Of a DNA stretch of 64,000 nt, positions 40,773 through 52,551 are shown one piece after another. The notes under the pieces are model-generated. The model had not been told where the DNA came from and ran no database searches. It worked only from the letters and a program-made list of their open reading frames with translations. Made by a program: the position numbers and the translations under genes. Every line of letters starts with the position of its first letter. Position 1 is the stretch's first letter. The stretch is from Candidatus Poribacteria bacterium (GTDB lineage: Bacteria > Poribacteria > WGA-4E > PCPOR2b): assembly GCA_965208675.1 (NCBI GenBank), contig OZ242351.1, forward strand, positions 2,624,001-2,688,000. The letters are read 5' to 3'.

Positions 40773-41241
40773 GTATTTAGCGCGCACAAAGCGTGATAGC
40801 CGTGCCTTTCCTTGTGTACCACTCCGCGCATTGGTGATTCGTTCAGGTTGCAGATAAGATGAATCTATTTCTCTCGTAATGCGTTTATTTAATGCGAGGT
40901 CATAGTCAAAAATAACATGTTCAAGTGAGTCGCCGATGCGTACAGCCAACAAATGGTGAACCTTGCCTCTATTTGAAGTCTTTGAGTAGACGGCGATTCT
41001 GTCACATAACTTCTCTATTTTTGTTTGACAACCACTTTAAACTGTGGAAAAATATGATTTGGTTAAGTTGTTCATAACGAAACGTCAAGAAGATATGCGC
41101 CGTTCCGCGTATTTCTTATGGTAGTTTTCAGCTTGAACTTAATCCTAATCAATCGATAACGATCGGACTGGGCGAGGTTTTCTAGATTTTGCCCCGCTTA
41201 AAATTTTTTTGAACACTATTATGAACAAAAGGAGATTCAAG

Positions 41242-42399
41242 ATGAAGGTTAGTAGATTCATTAAGTTCACGTTTACAATAGCGATTGTCGCGCTAGTTGC
41301 TGGACTTTCCGCTTGTGACCAGCTTCAACAACTCTTCCCGCCGGCCGATATGGAAGGGCTTAGCGGCGAGATTCCCGTCGGCGTCGTAGTCGCTCAGACT
41401 GGGCAATTCGCGGAACCGTACGGGTTACCAATGCTTGACGGCTTTAAGCTCGCCCTCGACGAAATAAACAACTCGGGAATGCTCGGAAACGCCACAATGA
41501 CCTTTATCGTGGAGGACGATCAGAGCGTGAGCGGCGTTGAAGCGGCAAATAAACTGATTCATGAAGACGGCGTGTCCGCTATCGTCGGTTTTGCTATTTC
41601 AACTCAGCTCGAACAGGTAATCCCAATTGCCCAAGAAAACGGGGTTGTCGTTGTAAGCTCAGTCTCGTCTGCCCCAGATTTGAGTGCGCTTGGCGATTAT
41701 ATCTTCCGCACAGGACTCAACTCAGGTGTGCTTAATCCCGCTGCCGTCAATGCGACTCATGAAAAATCCGGATACGAGAGTGCCGCCACGATATACCACC
41801 TCGGCGATACCTACTCCACGCGCAGCGACGAAGCGTTTAGGGCGGCGCTTGTCGAAAGAGGTGTTGACGTGGTGGCAGTAGAAACCTACGAAGGCAGCGA
41901 AACCGACTACACGGCGCAACTCACTCGGATAATGGAGTTAAATCCCGATGTACTCTTTATCTCGGCTTTAGGCGCGCACATACCCGGCATCATGGTTCAA
42001 GCGCGCGAACTCATGCCTTCTGTCGCCTTTATTGTTCCCGAATTGACTAGTATTGAGGTGAATGCCGCAGGCGATGCCGCCGAGGGCACGGTAACTTCTA
42101 TTGGTTGGCTCAGCACGACTGACACACCTATGAATCAAGCCTTCGTCCAAAGCTACACCGAAATTCACGGTGAGGCGCCGGTTGCTTGGGCTGCACAGTC
42201 GCATGCAGCGCTCCATATACTCGCCGCGGCAATTGCAGAGGCACAGTCCGCCGATGCAAGCGCGATTCGGGACGCAATGGCGAATACCATGGATTTTGAC
42301 ACCGTCGTGGGTAATTTCTCTTTTGACCCCAACGGCGAAGCGGTTTACGACCCAATCGTGCTTGCGGTCGAAAACGGAGAGTTTGTAATTTTTGAGTAA
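41242..42399 (+). CDS. LivJ-like (Peripla_BP_6) substrate-binding lipoprotein, copy 1
   Basis: LSAC lipobox, IPVGVV, EDDQS, DYIFRT and C-terminal G.FSFD..G.AVYDP. Confidence 0.9.
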   Translation: MKVSRFIKFTFTIAIVALVAGLSACDQLQQLFPPADMEGLSGEIPVGVVVAQTGQFAEPYGLPMLDGFKLALDEINNSGMLGNATMTFIVEDDQSVSGVEAANKLIHEDGVSAIVGFAISTQLEQVIPIAQENGVVVVSSVSSAPDLSALGDYIFRTGLNSGVLNPAAVNATHEKSGYESAATIYHLGDTYSTRSDEAFRAALVERGVDVVAVETYEGSETDYTAQLTRIMELNPDVLFISALGAHIPGIMVQARELMPSVAFIVPELTSIEVNAAGDAAEGTVTSIGWLSTTDTPMNQAFVQSYTEIHGEAPVAWAAQSHAALHILAAAIAEAQSADASAIRDAMANTMDFDTVVGNFSFDPNGEAVYDPIVLAVENGEFVIFE

Positions 42400-42562
42400 T
42401 CTTCATCGCTAGATGTCCATAAGCAAAACCCTGTCATCATTTTTTCGTCAATGACGGGGTTTCGGAAACATTAGTAACCTATTTCAAATATCAATCAACG
42501 GGGTTACCAATATTGTCTTGGTGCTGCCCCGCCTAATCCCTTCAAAACCAAGGAGGTTTTAA

Positions 42563-43723
42563 ATGAACGTCAGCAGATTCACGAAATTCGCATCTATAAT
42601 TGCGATTGCCGCGCTTATAGCGGGGCTTTCCGCTTGTGACCAGCTTGGCGAACTTCTCGTCCCGCCGCCTGATATGGATGGGCTTGGCGAGATTACTATC
42701 GGCGTCTCCCTGCCGCTGGACGACACAAACGGCCCTCTTTACGGATTACCGATGAAACGCGGCTTTGAGCTCGCTCAAAAAGAGATTAACCAGCTCGGCG
42801 GTTCGCAAATCACCTTCATCATTGAAGACGATCAGAGCACGGTTGAAGGCGCAATGACAGCCTTTAATAAACTGATTCATCAAGATGGCGTGTCCATAAT
42901 CACGGGTGTCACTTTCTCATCTCAGCTCAGGGAGTTATTTCCAATCATAGATGAAAACGAAATTGTATGTTATAGCTCGCTCTCTTCCGCTGCCGGTTTG
43001 AGCGCACGTAGCGATTTTGTCTTTCGGACAGGGCTGCCCACAAATGTTCTAAATCCGGAGGGAATCCGGGTAAGTCAGGAGAAACTCGGCTATCAAAGGG
43101 CGGCGCTGATATATGATTCGGACGATGTCTATGCCGCGAGCAGCAATGAGGAGGTGGTTAAAGCCCTTGAGGCGAGTGGTGTTGATATTGTGATCGCCGA
43201 GGCTTTCGAAGACAAACCTGCTGATTTAAGGCCGCAGTTAACACGGATAATGGAGGCAACTCCTGATGCAATCTTCATCTCCGCTTTATCCGCCCAAATG
43301 ACAGATATTATGATTCAAGGGCGTGAAGTCGGTATCCCTGCCTCTGTTCCGTACATAGTTCCTGATCTGACCGGAATCGAAGTGCAAATCGCAGGGGACG
43401 CCGCCGAGGGAGCGATTACTTTTACCAATTGGAGTGCTACGTCTAACACACCGGGAAATCAAACCTTCGTCTCGAATTACCTAGCGGAATACGGCATCGA
43501 AGCCGATCCCTGGGCGGCACAATCGTATGCCACCCTTTATATTCTAGCGGAGGCGATTGAAAATGCACAATCGACCGAGGCAACCGCTGTTCGGGATGCG
43601 CTGGCGAACATCATGGATTTCCCCACCGTTATGGGAAATTTCTCTTTTGATGAAGTCGGAGACGCAGTTTACGACCCGATTGTATTAACTGTTGAAAACG
43701 GTGAGCTTGTGGCATTTGAGTAA
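42563..43723 (+). CDS. LivJ-like substrate-binding lipoprotein, copy 2
   Basis: LSACDQ lipobox and the same motif set. Confidence 0.9.
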   Translation: MNVSRFTKFASIIAIAALIAGLSACDQLGELLVPPPDMDGLGEITIGVSLPLDDTNGPLYGLPMKRGFELAQKEINQLGGSQITFIIEDDQSTVEGAMTAFNKLIHQDGVSIITGVTFSSQLRELFPIIDENEIVCYSSLSSAAGLSARSDFVFRTGLPTNVLNPEGIRVSQEKLGYQRAALIYDSDDVYAASSNEEVVKALEASGVDIVIAEAFEDKPADLRPQLTRIMEATPDAIFISALSAQMTDIMIQGREVGIPASVPYIVPDLTGIEVQIAGDAAEGAITFTNWSATSNTPGNQTFVSNYLAEYGIEADPWAAQSYATLYILAEAIENAQSTEATAVRDALANIMDFPTVMGNFSFDEVGDAVYDPIVLTVENGELVAFE

Positions 43724-43828
43724 CCTTCAGCGGTAGATTCACATAACGGAAAAGCCTGTCATCAGCAAGCAAATGGTGGCAGGCTTTTTAAGTTAATATT
43801 GCCTTCAATGAAGACGAGGAGGTTCAGC

Positions 43829-44998
43829 GTGAAGGTCGGCGGATTTACAATAATCATGTTTGTATTGGCGATTGCCTTTCTGATTGCGGGGCTTTCAGCC
43901 TGTGACCAGATTGGGCAACTGCTCGTCCCGCCGCCGCCTGATATGGAAGTGCTCAATGGGGAAATTCCGATTGGTGTAGTCCTTGCTCTTACCGGGCAAT
44001 TCGCCGACGAGCTTGGGAAGCCGATGAAAAACGGCTTTGAGCTCGCTCGCGCAGAGATTAACAGTTTAGGCCTGCTCGGTGATGCAAAAATCACGTTCAT
44101 TACGAAGGACGATCGCAGCGAGAGCGCCGTTGAAGCATTTAACAAGTTGATTCATGAAGACGGCGTATCCGTTATTACGGGGCTTGCTGTCTCAACCCAA
44201 GCCAAGGACGCGTTTCCTATCGCGCAAGAAAACCGCGTCGTGGCGTTTAGCCCTGTTTTCACCGCCCCCGGCCTCAGCGCGATTGGGGACTATATCTTCC
44301 GCGCCTCTCTCACCGTCGATGAGCTAAATTTCAATGGGGTCAAAATAACTCAGGAAAAACTCGGCTATAAAAGAGCGGCAACCATTTATGATGAGACCGA
44401 TCTTTTCTCTACCAATAGCAACGAAGCGTTCTTGGATGCGCTTGCGGAAAACGGTGTTGAGGTACTTACTACGCAAACCATCCAAACCGGCAATACCGAC
44501 TTTTCTGTACAATTGACTCGGATTAAGGCGACAAATCCCGACGCCATCTTTTGTACTGCCCTACCAAAGGAAATACCCCTGATTCTCACGCAAGGCCGCG
44601 ATCTCGGTATACCCGGCTCGGTTCCTTTTATTATACCTCAATTGTCCCTAGAACTGGTACAAGGCGCAGGACTTGCTGCGGAGGGTGCGATTTCCCTTAT
44701 AGCGTGGTCTAGTATCAAACCGACACCTGGCAATGGCGCCTTCGTCCAAAATTATCGAGCGGCATACGGTACGGATCCGAACGCGTGGGCAGCACAATCG
44801 TATGCAGCGCTTTACATCCTCGCCGCAGCGATTGCGGATGCCCAGTCCACCGATCCAACTGCGATTCGAGACGCATTGGCAAAAACTATAAATTTCGACA
44901 CTATTTTAGGGCAATTCTCTTTTGACGCCGTTGGCGATGCAGTTTACGACCCGCAAATACTAATTTTCAAAAACGGGAAATTTGAAGCATTCGAGTAG
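43829..44998 (+). CDS. LivJ-like substrate-binding lipoprotein, copy 3
   Basis: GTG start after AGGAGG, LSACDQ, same motifs. Confidence 0.9.
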   Translation: MKVGGFTIIMFVLAIAFLIAGLSACDQIGQLLVPPPPDMEVLNGEIPIGVVLALTGQFADELGKPMKNGFELARAEINSLGLLGDAKITFITKDDRSESAVEAFNKLIHEDGVSVITGLAVSTQAKDAFPIAQENRVVAFSPVFTAPGLSAIGDYIFRASLTVDELNFNGVKITQEKLGYKRAATIYDETDLFSTNSNEAFLDALAENGVEVLTTQTIQTGNTDFSVQLTRIKATNPDAIFCTALPKEIPLILTQGRDLGIPGSVPFIIPQLSLELVQGAGLAAEGAISLIAWSSIKPTPGNGAFVQNYRAAYGTDPNAWAAQSYAALYILAAAIADAQSTDPTAIRDALAKTINFDTILGQFSFDAVGDAVYDPQILIFKNGKFEAFE

Positions 44999-45199
44999 AT
45001 TCCGATCCAGGTAGAAACCTGGTAGTTGGTGTGTGCAACCAGATTACAGTATTGATGCAAATTAGATTGGCCGATCGAAAACTTTGAGATTTTTTCAAAA
45101 CGACACGTGTTATCCAAAAAGAACATCGCTTTTTTTGTGGATGAATTTAATTTACAGCATTATCAACTCAATCAGAAACCATAAAAAAGGAGATTCAAC

Positions 45200-46381
45200 A
45201 TGAAAGCAACTCCGATTAGTAGTTTAACGTTTGTATTGGTCCTGGTTATGCTGATGATAGGACTATTCGCCTGCGACCAGCTAGGGCAAATCCTAGTTCC
45301 ACCCGAACCGGGAGCGGAAGGGCTTCCCATTGGCGTGGTCTTGCCGCTGTCAGGTTACTATGCTGCCACTTTCGGCGAACCTATGCTAAGCGGCTTCAAA
45401 TTGGCGGCAGAAGAGATAAATGGCTCACGAGCACCCGATGATCAACTCAAGATTATCCCGAAAGACGATGGTGCAACTGTAGAGGGTGCGGTCACTGCCT
45501 TTAACACACTTATTGAAGCGTATAACGTACCTGTTATTCTCGGTCCCGGTTTTTCATCTCAGTTCAAAGAGACTTCCCTCGTCGCCAATGAACACGGTGT
45601 TGTAGGTTTTAGCTCTACCTCCTCAGCCTCTGGCATTAATGAAGCTGGTGATTTTAACTTCCGCGCCGGGCTAATCACTTCTCGGCTAAACCCTCCCGGC
45701 GTCATGATTACGAAGGAAGTGTTAAAGTACGAGCGGGTGGCAACCATATTTGATGGTGCCGATACCTATTCCACAATCGGGCATGATGATTTGACGGAAG
45801 CACTCACGGCGAACAACGTTAATATTGTTGCAACAGAAGAAATCGACAGCAAAAGCGGGGAAATTGACTTTTCAGACTTATTAGGCCGGTTAATGGAATC
45901 TAATCCGCAAGCTATCTTTGCGTCAGTTCTAGCAGGAGAGATGACTCCAATTCTGATTCAAAGCCGCGAACTCGGTATCACTCCTTCTGTCCATCTCATA
46001 ATTCCTGAATTTTCTAATATCGAGGTGGACGCCTTGGTTGAGGCTGGTATGGGCGAGGCAGCCGAAGGAGTCATCAGCTTTACAGGTTGGTCCAGCCTAG
46101 CTGCGACCCCGGGAAACCAAGTCTTCATCGAGAATTACCGCACGGCTTACGGTGCTGACCCGAACCCATGGGCGGCGCAGTCGTATGCCACGCTCCATAT
46201 TCTCGCCGCAGCGATGGAGGAGGCGCAATCCACAGATGCGGCTGCCATCCGAGACGCGCTGGCGAATACCATGGATTTCGAGACCATCTTAGGCAAATTC
46301 TCATTTGACGAGGTCGGAGATGCGGTGTACGATCCGCAGATATTGATTGTCAAAGACGGCGAATTTGCAGTCTTTGAGTAA
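45200..46381 (+). CDS. LivJ-like substrate-binding lipoprotein, copy 4
   Basis: LFACDQ, same motifs, more divergent. Confidence 0.9.
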   Translation: MKATPISSLTFVLVLVMLMIGLFACDQLGQILVPPEPGAEGLPIGVVLPLSGYYAATFGEPMLSGFKLAAEEINGSRAPDDQLKIIPKDDGATVEGAVTAFNTLIEAYNVPVILGPGFSSQFKETSLVANEHGVVGFSSTSSASGINEAGDFNFRAGLITSRLNPPGVMITKEVLKYERVATIFDGADTYSTIGHDDLTEALTANNVNIVATEEIDSKSGEIDFSDLLGRLMESNPQAIFASVLAGEMTPILIQSRELGITPSVHLIIPEFSNIEVDALVEAGMGEAAEGVISFTGWSSLAATPGNQVFIENYRTAYGADPNPWAAQSYATLHILAAAMEEAQSTDAAAIRDALANTMDFETILGKFSFDEVGDAVYDPQILIVKDGEFAVFE

Positions 46382-46596
46382 TCCACACCGAATCAAGATC
46401 TGTATCTTGTAGAGAACAACAATTCACCGGTCTATGCCTGAAAACCAAAAGTTGTTCCCTACGCCTTCGGTTTTAAATCGAATTAAGTTCAATTCCCTAT
46501 CCAACGTACCGATTCTCAACAAATCAGGTTTGAAGGGTATGTCTTTCTTGGTTGCCCCTCGCCTGATTTTTTCATTTCAAAACAAGGAGGTGCCAC

Positions 46597-47769
46597 ATGA
46601 ATGTCCGGAGAATAAAATATCTAGCGTTTTTACTGTCAATTGCCGTCCTGATGGCAGGACTTTCCGCCTGTGACCAGATTCAGCAACTTCTCACCCCCGC
46701 ACCACCTCAGATGGAAGAACTCGATGGGGAGATTCCCGTCGGCGTCGTCTTATCTATTACAGGGCGATTCGCTTCGACGTTTGGCAATCCAAATGAAAAA
46801 GGGCTTGAATTAGCTCTCGAAGAGGTTAACAATTCAAAACTCGGAGATAGAAGTATCAAGCTGATTATAGAGGACGACGAGAGCACTGTTGAAGGCGCCC
46901 TTGAAGCATACAATAAACTGATTGAGCAGGATGGCGTGCCGGTTATCCTCGGACCCGCCACGTCAAGTCAGGCCAAAGCAGCGTTTACGATAGCGCAAGA
47001 AAATCAGGTCGTAGCTTTTAGCCCCAGCTCCGCTGCGCGGGGTCTAAGTGCGATTGGCGATTTTATTTTTCGTGCCGCGCTTACCACTGATGTGCTGATA
47101 CCGAGCGGCATTGAGGCGACTTCGGCAAAACTCGGCTACAAAAGAGCGGCAACGATGTACGATGAAAGCGATGTGTTCTCCACAGATAGCGATGAGGCGG
47201 TGAGGGAAGCACTTGCCGCGAACGGCGTCGAAGTGCTGGTCACAGAAACCTTCCTAGGCGGCGACACTGACTTTAGCGAACAGTTATCTCGGATAAGGGA
47301 CGCGAATCCCGACATTATATTTATTTCCTCGTTATCGCCGGAAAAACCGGGAATCCTGATGCAAGGCCGCCAACTCGGAATACCCAATTCAGTTCCGTTT
47401 GTTGTACGCACCTTGACCACAGCGGACGTGAATGCGGCGGGCGATGCTGCAGAAGGGGCGATCACCTTCGTAGGTTGGGCAAGCACGGCTGACACACCGG
47501 GAAATAGTGCCTTCGTCCAGAACTATAGCGCCAAATACGGGGAGGAGCCGAGCAACTACACCGCACGGTGGTATGCCGGTCTGCATATTTTGGCGGAAGC
47601 GATTGCCAACGCCCAATCCACTGACTCAACTGCAATTCGAGACGCATTGGCAAACATCTCAGACTTTGACACTGTTTTCGGTAAATTCTCTTTTGACGCG
47701 GTCGGAGATGCTATCTACGACCCGAAAATCTTGATTGTGGTAAACGGTCAGTTGGAAATCTTCGAATGA
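46597..47769 (+). CDS. LivJ-like substrate-binding lipoprotein, copy 5
   Basis: LSACDQ, same motifs. Confidence 0.9.
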   Translation: MNVRRIKYLAFLLSIAVLMAGLSACDQIQQLLTPAPPQMEELDGEIPVGVVLSITGRFASTFGNPNEKGLELALEEVNNSKLGDRSIKLIIEDDESTVEGALEAYNKLIEQDGVPVILGPATSSQAKAAFTIAQENQVVAFSPSSAARGLSAIGDFIFRAALTTDVLIPSGIEATSAKLGYKRAATMYDESDVFSTDSDEAVREALAANGVEVLVTETFLGGDTDFSEQLSRIRDANPDIIFISSLSPEKPGILMQGRQLGIPNSVPFVVRTLTTADVNAAGDAAEGAITFVGWASTADTPGNSAFVQNYSAKYGEEPSNYTARWYAGLHILAEAIANAQSTDSTAIRDALANISDFDTVFGKFSFDAVGDAIYDPKILIVVNGQLEIFE

Positions 47770-47832
47770 CCACTCAATGAAATCAGGATAATAAAGAATG
47801 GCTTGAGTTATAAAAAAACAAGGAGGCTCAAA

Positions 47833-48996
47833 TTGAACACAAATAGAATTGCCCGATTAGCATTTGTACTGACGGTTATCGCGCTGATTACGGGACTCTT
47901 CGCCTGCGACCAGATTCAGCAACTTCTCATTCCAGATACACCTCCAATGGAAGGACTCAGCGGCGAGATTCCCATTGGTCTTGTCTACCCTGTCACCGGG
48001 CGGCTTGACACTTTTGCACTACCGATACAACGCGGCTTTGAATTGGCTCTTGGGGAGGTAAACAGCTCACAACTGGGCGATGTAAGGTTTAAGTTCATCG
48101 TCGAAGACGACCAAAGCACCGTTGAGGGTGCAGTCCAAGCCTATAATAGACTGATTGGTGCGGATGTGCCGGTTATTTTTGGCCCCACAACTTCAGGTCA
48201 AGCCGAAGCAGCGTTTCCAATTGCGCAACAGAATGGAGTTGTGGCATTTAGTTCATCCTCAAATGCAACAGGCCTTAGCGCGCTTGGGGATTTTCTGTTC
48301 CGCGCCGGACTCACTACAGATATCCTGCTCCCCAGCGGCGTCAGGGCAACGCATGCGAAACTTGGATATCAACGGGCAGCGATTATATATGATGATATTG
48401 ATTCCTACTCAATAGATAGCTATGAAAAGTTCAGAGACACGCTGACGGAGATTGGCGTTGAGATTTTGATTACAGAAACCTTCCAAGGAGGTATTGATAC
48501 CGACTTTTCTGCACAATTGACTCGAATAATGGAAGCAGATCCTGAAGCCGTCTTTATCGCATCACAACTCCCGGAACAGACTGAGATTCTGATAAACGGC
48601 CGCCAGATTGGGATTCCCACCGATGTTCGGTTTATCACTAGCCTGATAAATGACGTGGAAAACGCAGGGGACGCTGCCGAGGGGGCAATCTCCTTCGCAG
48701 GTTGGATTAGCACGGCTGATACACCGGGGAATGCTGCCTTCGTCCAGAACTACCGAGAGGCGTACGGGAGTGAGCCAAACGCTTGGACCGCGCAGTCACA
48801 TGCCGCTGTTCATATTGTTGCAGCGGCGATTGCGGAAGCCCAATCCACCGATCCAACCGCAATCCGGGATGCACTCGCGAATACAAAAAATTTCGACACG
48901 GTTCTAGGGGCATTCTCTTTTAATGATGTTGGGGACGCCGTTTACGACCCAATCGTACAAATTGTGGAAAACGGTGAATTCAAAATTTTTGAATAA
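47833..48996 (+). CDS. LivJ-like substrate-binding lipoprotein, copy 6
   Basis: TTG start after AGGAGG, LFACDQ, same motifs. Confidence 0.9.
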   Translation: MNTNRIARLAFVLTVIALITGLFACDQIQQLLIPDTPPMEGLSGEIPIGLVYPVTGRLDTFALPIQRGFELALGEVNSSQLGDVRFKFIVEDDQSTVEGAVQAYNRLIGADVPVIFGPTTSGQAEAAFPIAQQNGVVAFSSSSNATGLSALGDFLFRAGLTTDILLPSGVRATHAKLGYQRAAIIYDDIDSYSIDSYEKFRDTLTEIGVEILITETFQGGIDTDFSAQLTRIMEADPEAVFIASQLPEQTEILINGRQIGIPTDVRFITSLINDVENAGDAAEGAISFAGWISTADTPGNAAFVQNYREAYGSEPNAWTAQSHAAVHIVAAAIAEAQSTDPTAIRDALANTKNFDTVLGAFSFNDVGDAVYDPIVQIVENGEFKIFE

Positions 48997-49126
48997 TCTC
49001 CTCGACAATCCAAATGACAAAAACCGTGTTTTTGCTGTGGGTCGACAGTCCTATCGTTCGTGAAAAACTCGGTTTTTCCAAGATGTGCAACCGGTAACGT
49101 AATAGAAAAATAAGGACGTACAGTAC

Positions 49127-50296
49127 ATGGGCATCAGAAACATTATCAGAATTGCTTCTGCCTTCGTGATTATCGTTCTGATTGCGAACTTTTCCGCTTG
49201 CGATCAGGTTCAGAAACTTTTGCTCCCCAGAACAAATCAGATGGACGGACTCGGTGAGGAAATCTCCATCGGTCTCGTCTACCCTATCACGGGACGGCTT
49301 GCTTCCGTTGGGATGGAAATGGGACGCGGCTTTGAACTGGCTCAAGAAGAGATTAATAATTCACAACTTGGCGATACAAAACTCAGGTTTATCACTGAGG
49401 ACAGCCGGGGCGATCCGGAGGGTGCTGCCGAAGCCTTCAATAAACTGATTCAGCAAGACGGGGTGCCCGCAATCGTTGGACCAGGTACCTCAAGTGCGGC
49501 TGAAGCGGCGTTTCCGATAGCGCAACAGAATCGGGTTGTAGCCATAAGCGCCACCGCCGCTGCGCGAGGCCTGAGCGAGATCGGTGATTTTGCCTTTCGT
49601 ACCATTCTCACCACAGACGTATTGATTACCAGCGGCATTGCGGCGACACAAGCAAAACTCGGCTACCGGAGGGCAGCAATCGTATATGATGAAACCGACC
49701 TTTTCTCCGCGGATGGCGCCGAGGTAATGAGGGACGCGCTCACTGCAAATGGTGTCGAGATTCTGGCCACAGAAACCTTTCAAAGCGGCGATACCGATTT
49801 TTCTGCACAATTGACGCGCATCAAGGATTTAAACCCCGACGCAATCTTTGTTTCCGCGTTGCCGCCAGATAAACCGGAGATTCTGGCTCAGGCTGACAAA
49901 TTCGGAATACCTGATTCAGTGCGGTTCATTATTAACACGCTGACTACGGCCGACGTGCGCGCTGCGGGTGATTCTGCAGACGGGGCGATAGCTTTTACGA
50001 GTTGGGTCAATACGACAGACACTCCGGGAAATGGTGCCTTCGTTCAGAATTACAGTGCGAAATACGGTATGGAACCTAGTATCTGGGCTGCGCAGTCGTA
50101 CGCCACCGTACACATCTTGGCGAAAGCATTCTCAGAGGTCCAATCCGCCAATTCAACCGCGATTCGCGGCGCACTCGCGAATATCACAAATCTAGACACC
50201 ATTTTGGGTAAATTTTCTTTTGACACGGTCGGTGATGCAGTTTACGATCCGGTGGCACTGATTGTCAATAACCGCAAATTGGAAATCTTTGAGTAG
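49127..50296 (+). CDS. LivJ-like substrate-binding lipoprotein, copy 7
   Basis: FSACDQ, same motifs. Confidence 0.9.
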   Translation: MGIRNIIRIASAFVIIVLIANFSACDQVQKLLLPRTNQMDGLGEEISIGLVYPITGRLASVGMEMGRGFELAQEEINNSQLGDTKLRFITEDSRGDPEGAAEAFNKLIQQDGVPAIVGPGTSSAAEAAFPIAQQNRVVAISATAAARGLSEIGDFAFRTILTTDVLITSGIAATQAKLGYRRAAIVYDETDLFSADGAEVMRDALTANGVEILATETFQSGDTDFSAQLTRIKDLNPDAIFVSALPPDKPEILAQADKFGIPDSVRFIINTLTTADVRAAGDSADGAIAFTSWVNTTDTPGNGAFVQNYSAKYGMEPSIWAAQSYATVHILAKAFSEVQSANSTAIRGALANITNLDTILGKFSFDTVGDAVYDPVALIVNNRKLEIFE

Positions 50297-50571
50297 GTCT
50301 CCAAATGATAACAGGGATTCTTGGGGACACCCTTTACGGGTGCTCGTTTAGAGGAATAACACGCTCTTTTATAAAAACTAGGAGGTACAAGATGAAAACC
50401 CGAAAATTCGCCGCATCTGCGTTAATCTTGATGATTGCCGCGCTGATTTCAGGGCTATCCGCCTGTGACCAGATTCAACAACTTCTCCTCCCCTCGACAC
50501 CTCAGATGGAAGGGTTTAGCGAAGAAATTTCTATTGGTGCCGTTCATCCTATCACTGGGCGACTTGGCTTA

Positions 50572-51458
50572 GAGCCTGTTTGAAAAAGAAAAAAGATGTC
50601 TGAACGGTTGATGTTTACGTTTACTCACTGGAGCAGTTGATTCCGAACCAATGAAGGGAGTAAACATGAACCGAAAACGTTATCCTAGTGATTTGACCGA
50701 TGTACAATGGCAGAAACTGTCAGCGTTTCTGCCAACCCCTCAACCATTAGGTAGACCTCTAAAATGGGAGATGTACTTAATTGTCCATGCCATCTTTTAT
50801 GTCGTCAAGTCCGGTTGCCAGTGGCGAATGCTACCATACGATATGCCGCCGTGGCAAACCGTCTATTACCATTTTAGGAAGTGGGAAGCCGACAATACAT
50901 GGCTCTTGATTCATCAGGCACTTCACGAACAATCACGCTGTGATGGTGGCAAAGAACCATCACCGACAGCAGCTATCATTGACAGCCAATCCATTAAGAC
51001 AACTGAACTGGCGACGACTCGCGGTTTTGATGGTCACAAGAAGGTCAAAGGACGCAAACGACATCTAGTAACGGATACGACGGGTATTCCATTGATGGTC
51101 AAAGTCACTGACGCGAATGTCAGTGATAATCAGATTGCTATCGAGTTACTAACAGAAGTGTTTAGCTGGTACATAACCATTCAGTTGGTGTGTGCCGATG
51201 CCGCCTATCGTGGAGAATTGGAAGACTGGTTATATTTTGCTCATCAATGTCAACTGGAGATTGCATCTACGCTAGGACAGCAGAAGTTTGAAGTTATCCC
51301 GTTACGATGGATTGTTGAGCGCACATTTTCTTGGCTTGGTTGGTTTCGTCGATTGACTTTGGATTATGAACGCTATCCTAGGACTGCTGAGACTATGGTG
51401 TACATCGCTTCCATTTACTTAATGCAAAATCGAATCAAATGACTTTTCAAACAGGCTC
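50572..51458 (+). mobile_element. Complete IS5-family (IS1031-like) element, 887 bp
   Basis: Perfect 15-bp IRs GAGCCTGTTTGAAAA / TTTTCAAACAGGCTC and a TTA target duplication (50569-71, 51459-61). Confidence 0.95.
50666..51442 (+). CDS. IS5-family DDE transposase
   Basis: YPSDLTD.QW, GCQWRMLP, IIDSQS, KVKGRKRH, ADAAY and RWIVERTFSW. Confidence 0.95.
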   Translation: MNRKRYPSDLTDVQWQKLSAFLPTPQPLGRPLKWEMYLIVHAIFYVVKSGCQWRMLPYDMPPWQTVYYHFRKWEADNTWLLIHQALHEQSRCDGGKEPSPTAAIIDSQSIKTTELATTRGFDGHKKVKGRKRHLVTDTTGIPLMVKVTDANVSDNQIAIELLTEVFSWYITIQLVCADAAYRGELEDWLYFAHQCQLEIASTLGQQKFEVIPLRWIVERTFSWLGWFRRLTLDYERYPRTAETMVYIASIYLMQNRIK

Positions 51459-52551
51459 TTAGAGAATCCGCCGTTGCGACAGGGCTTTGAACTGGCAGTC
51501 TCTGAGATCAATAACTCGCAACTCAACAACATAAAAATCAAACTTATCGTCGAGGATGGCCAGAGCACCGTTGAGGGCGCCGTTGAAGCATTCAATAAAT
51601 TGATTCATCAAGACGGCGTATCTGCCATCCTCGGACCCGCCACGTCAATGCAGGCACAAACAGTGTTTCCAATCGCGCAAGAGAATGAGGTTGTGGCGAT
51701 AAGCCCCACCTCTGCCGCCCGCGGCCTCAGCGCGATCGGCGACTCCATCTTTCGCATCGCGCTCACCACGGATGTATTGATCCCAAGTGGTGTCAGAATA
51801 ACTCAGGAAAAACTCGGCTACAAAAAAGTAGCGACCATATACGATGAAAGCGATCTCTTCTCCACGGATAGCGAGGCAGTTGTGAAAGACGCTCTCGCCG
51901 CGAACGGCGTCGAGGTACTAACGACAGAGACTTTCCAGACGGGCGAGACTGACTTTTCCGCCCAATTAACTCGCATCAAGGATTTAAGTCCCGACGCCAT
52001 CTTTATCTCGGCGACGGTGATAGAGACCCCAGCAATCCTGATTCAAGGACGCCAACTTGGGATTCCCGCCGATGTTCCGTTCCTTATTATGTTTACCCTT
52101 TCCTCAGGTCAAATTCAACCTGCGGGCGATGCCGCCGAGGGGGCGATTGCGTTTACCACTTGGATCGGCACCGGTGAGACACCGGGAAATCGAGATTTCG
52201 TTCAGAATTACCAATCAGCATACGGTATCGAACCGGACGTTTGGGCAGCGCAGGCATATGCCACTGTTTACATCCTCGCTAAGGCAATTGCCGATGCCCA
52301 ATCGGCTGATCCCAGCGCAATTCGGGATGCACTGGCAAACATCACAGATTTCGACACCATTCTGGGTAAGTTCTCATTTAACGCGGTTGGCGACGCCGTC
52401 TACGACCCGATTGTATTGATTGTCAAAGACGGCCAATTTCAGGTTTTTGAGTAAACCTCCGAATCTGAACAGGATTTGAAGGGGCACCCGTTGTGGTTGC
52501 CCTCTTAGGATGCTACCACCCTCGTGTATCTCGAAAAGGAGGAGATTCAAG

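Larger units (their letters stand above)
50392..52454 (+). pseudogene. LivJ-like substrate-binding lipoprotein, copy 8, interrupted by an IS5 element
   Basis: Removing 50572-51461 restores the frame ...ITGRLGL-ENPPLRQGFEL.... Confidence 0.93.
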
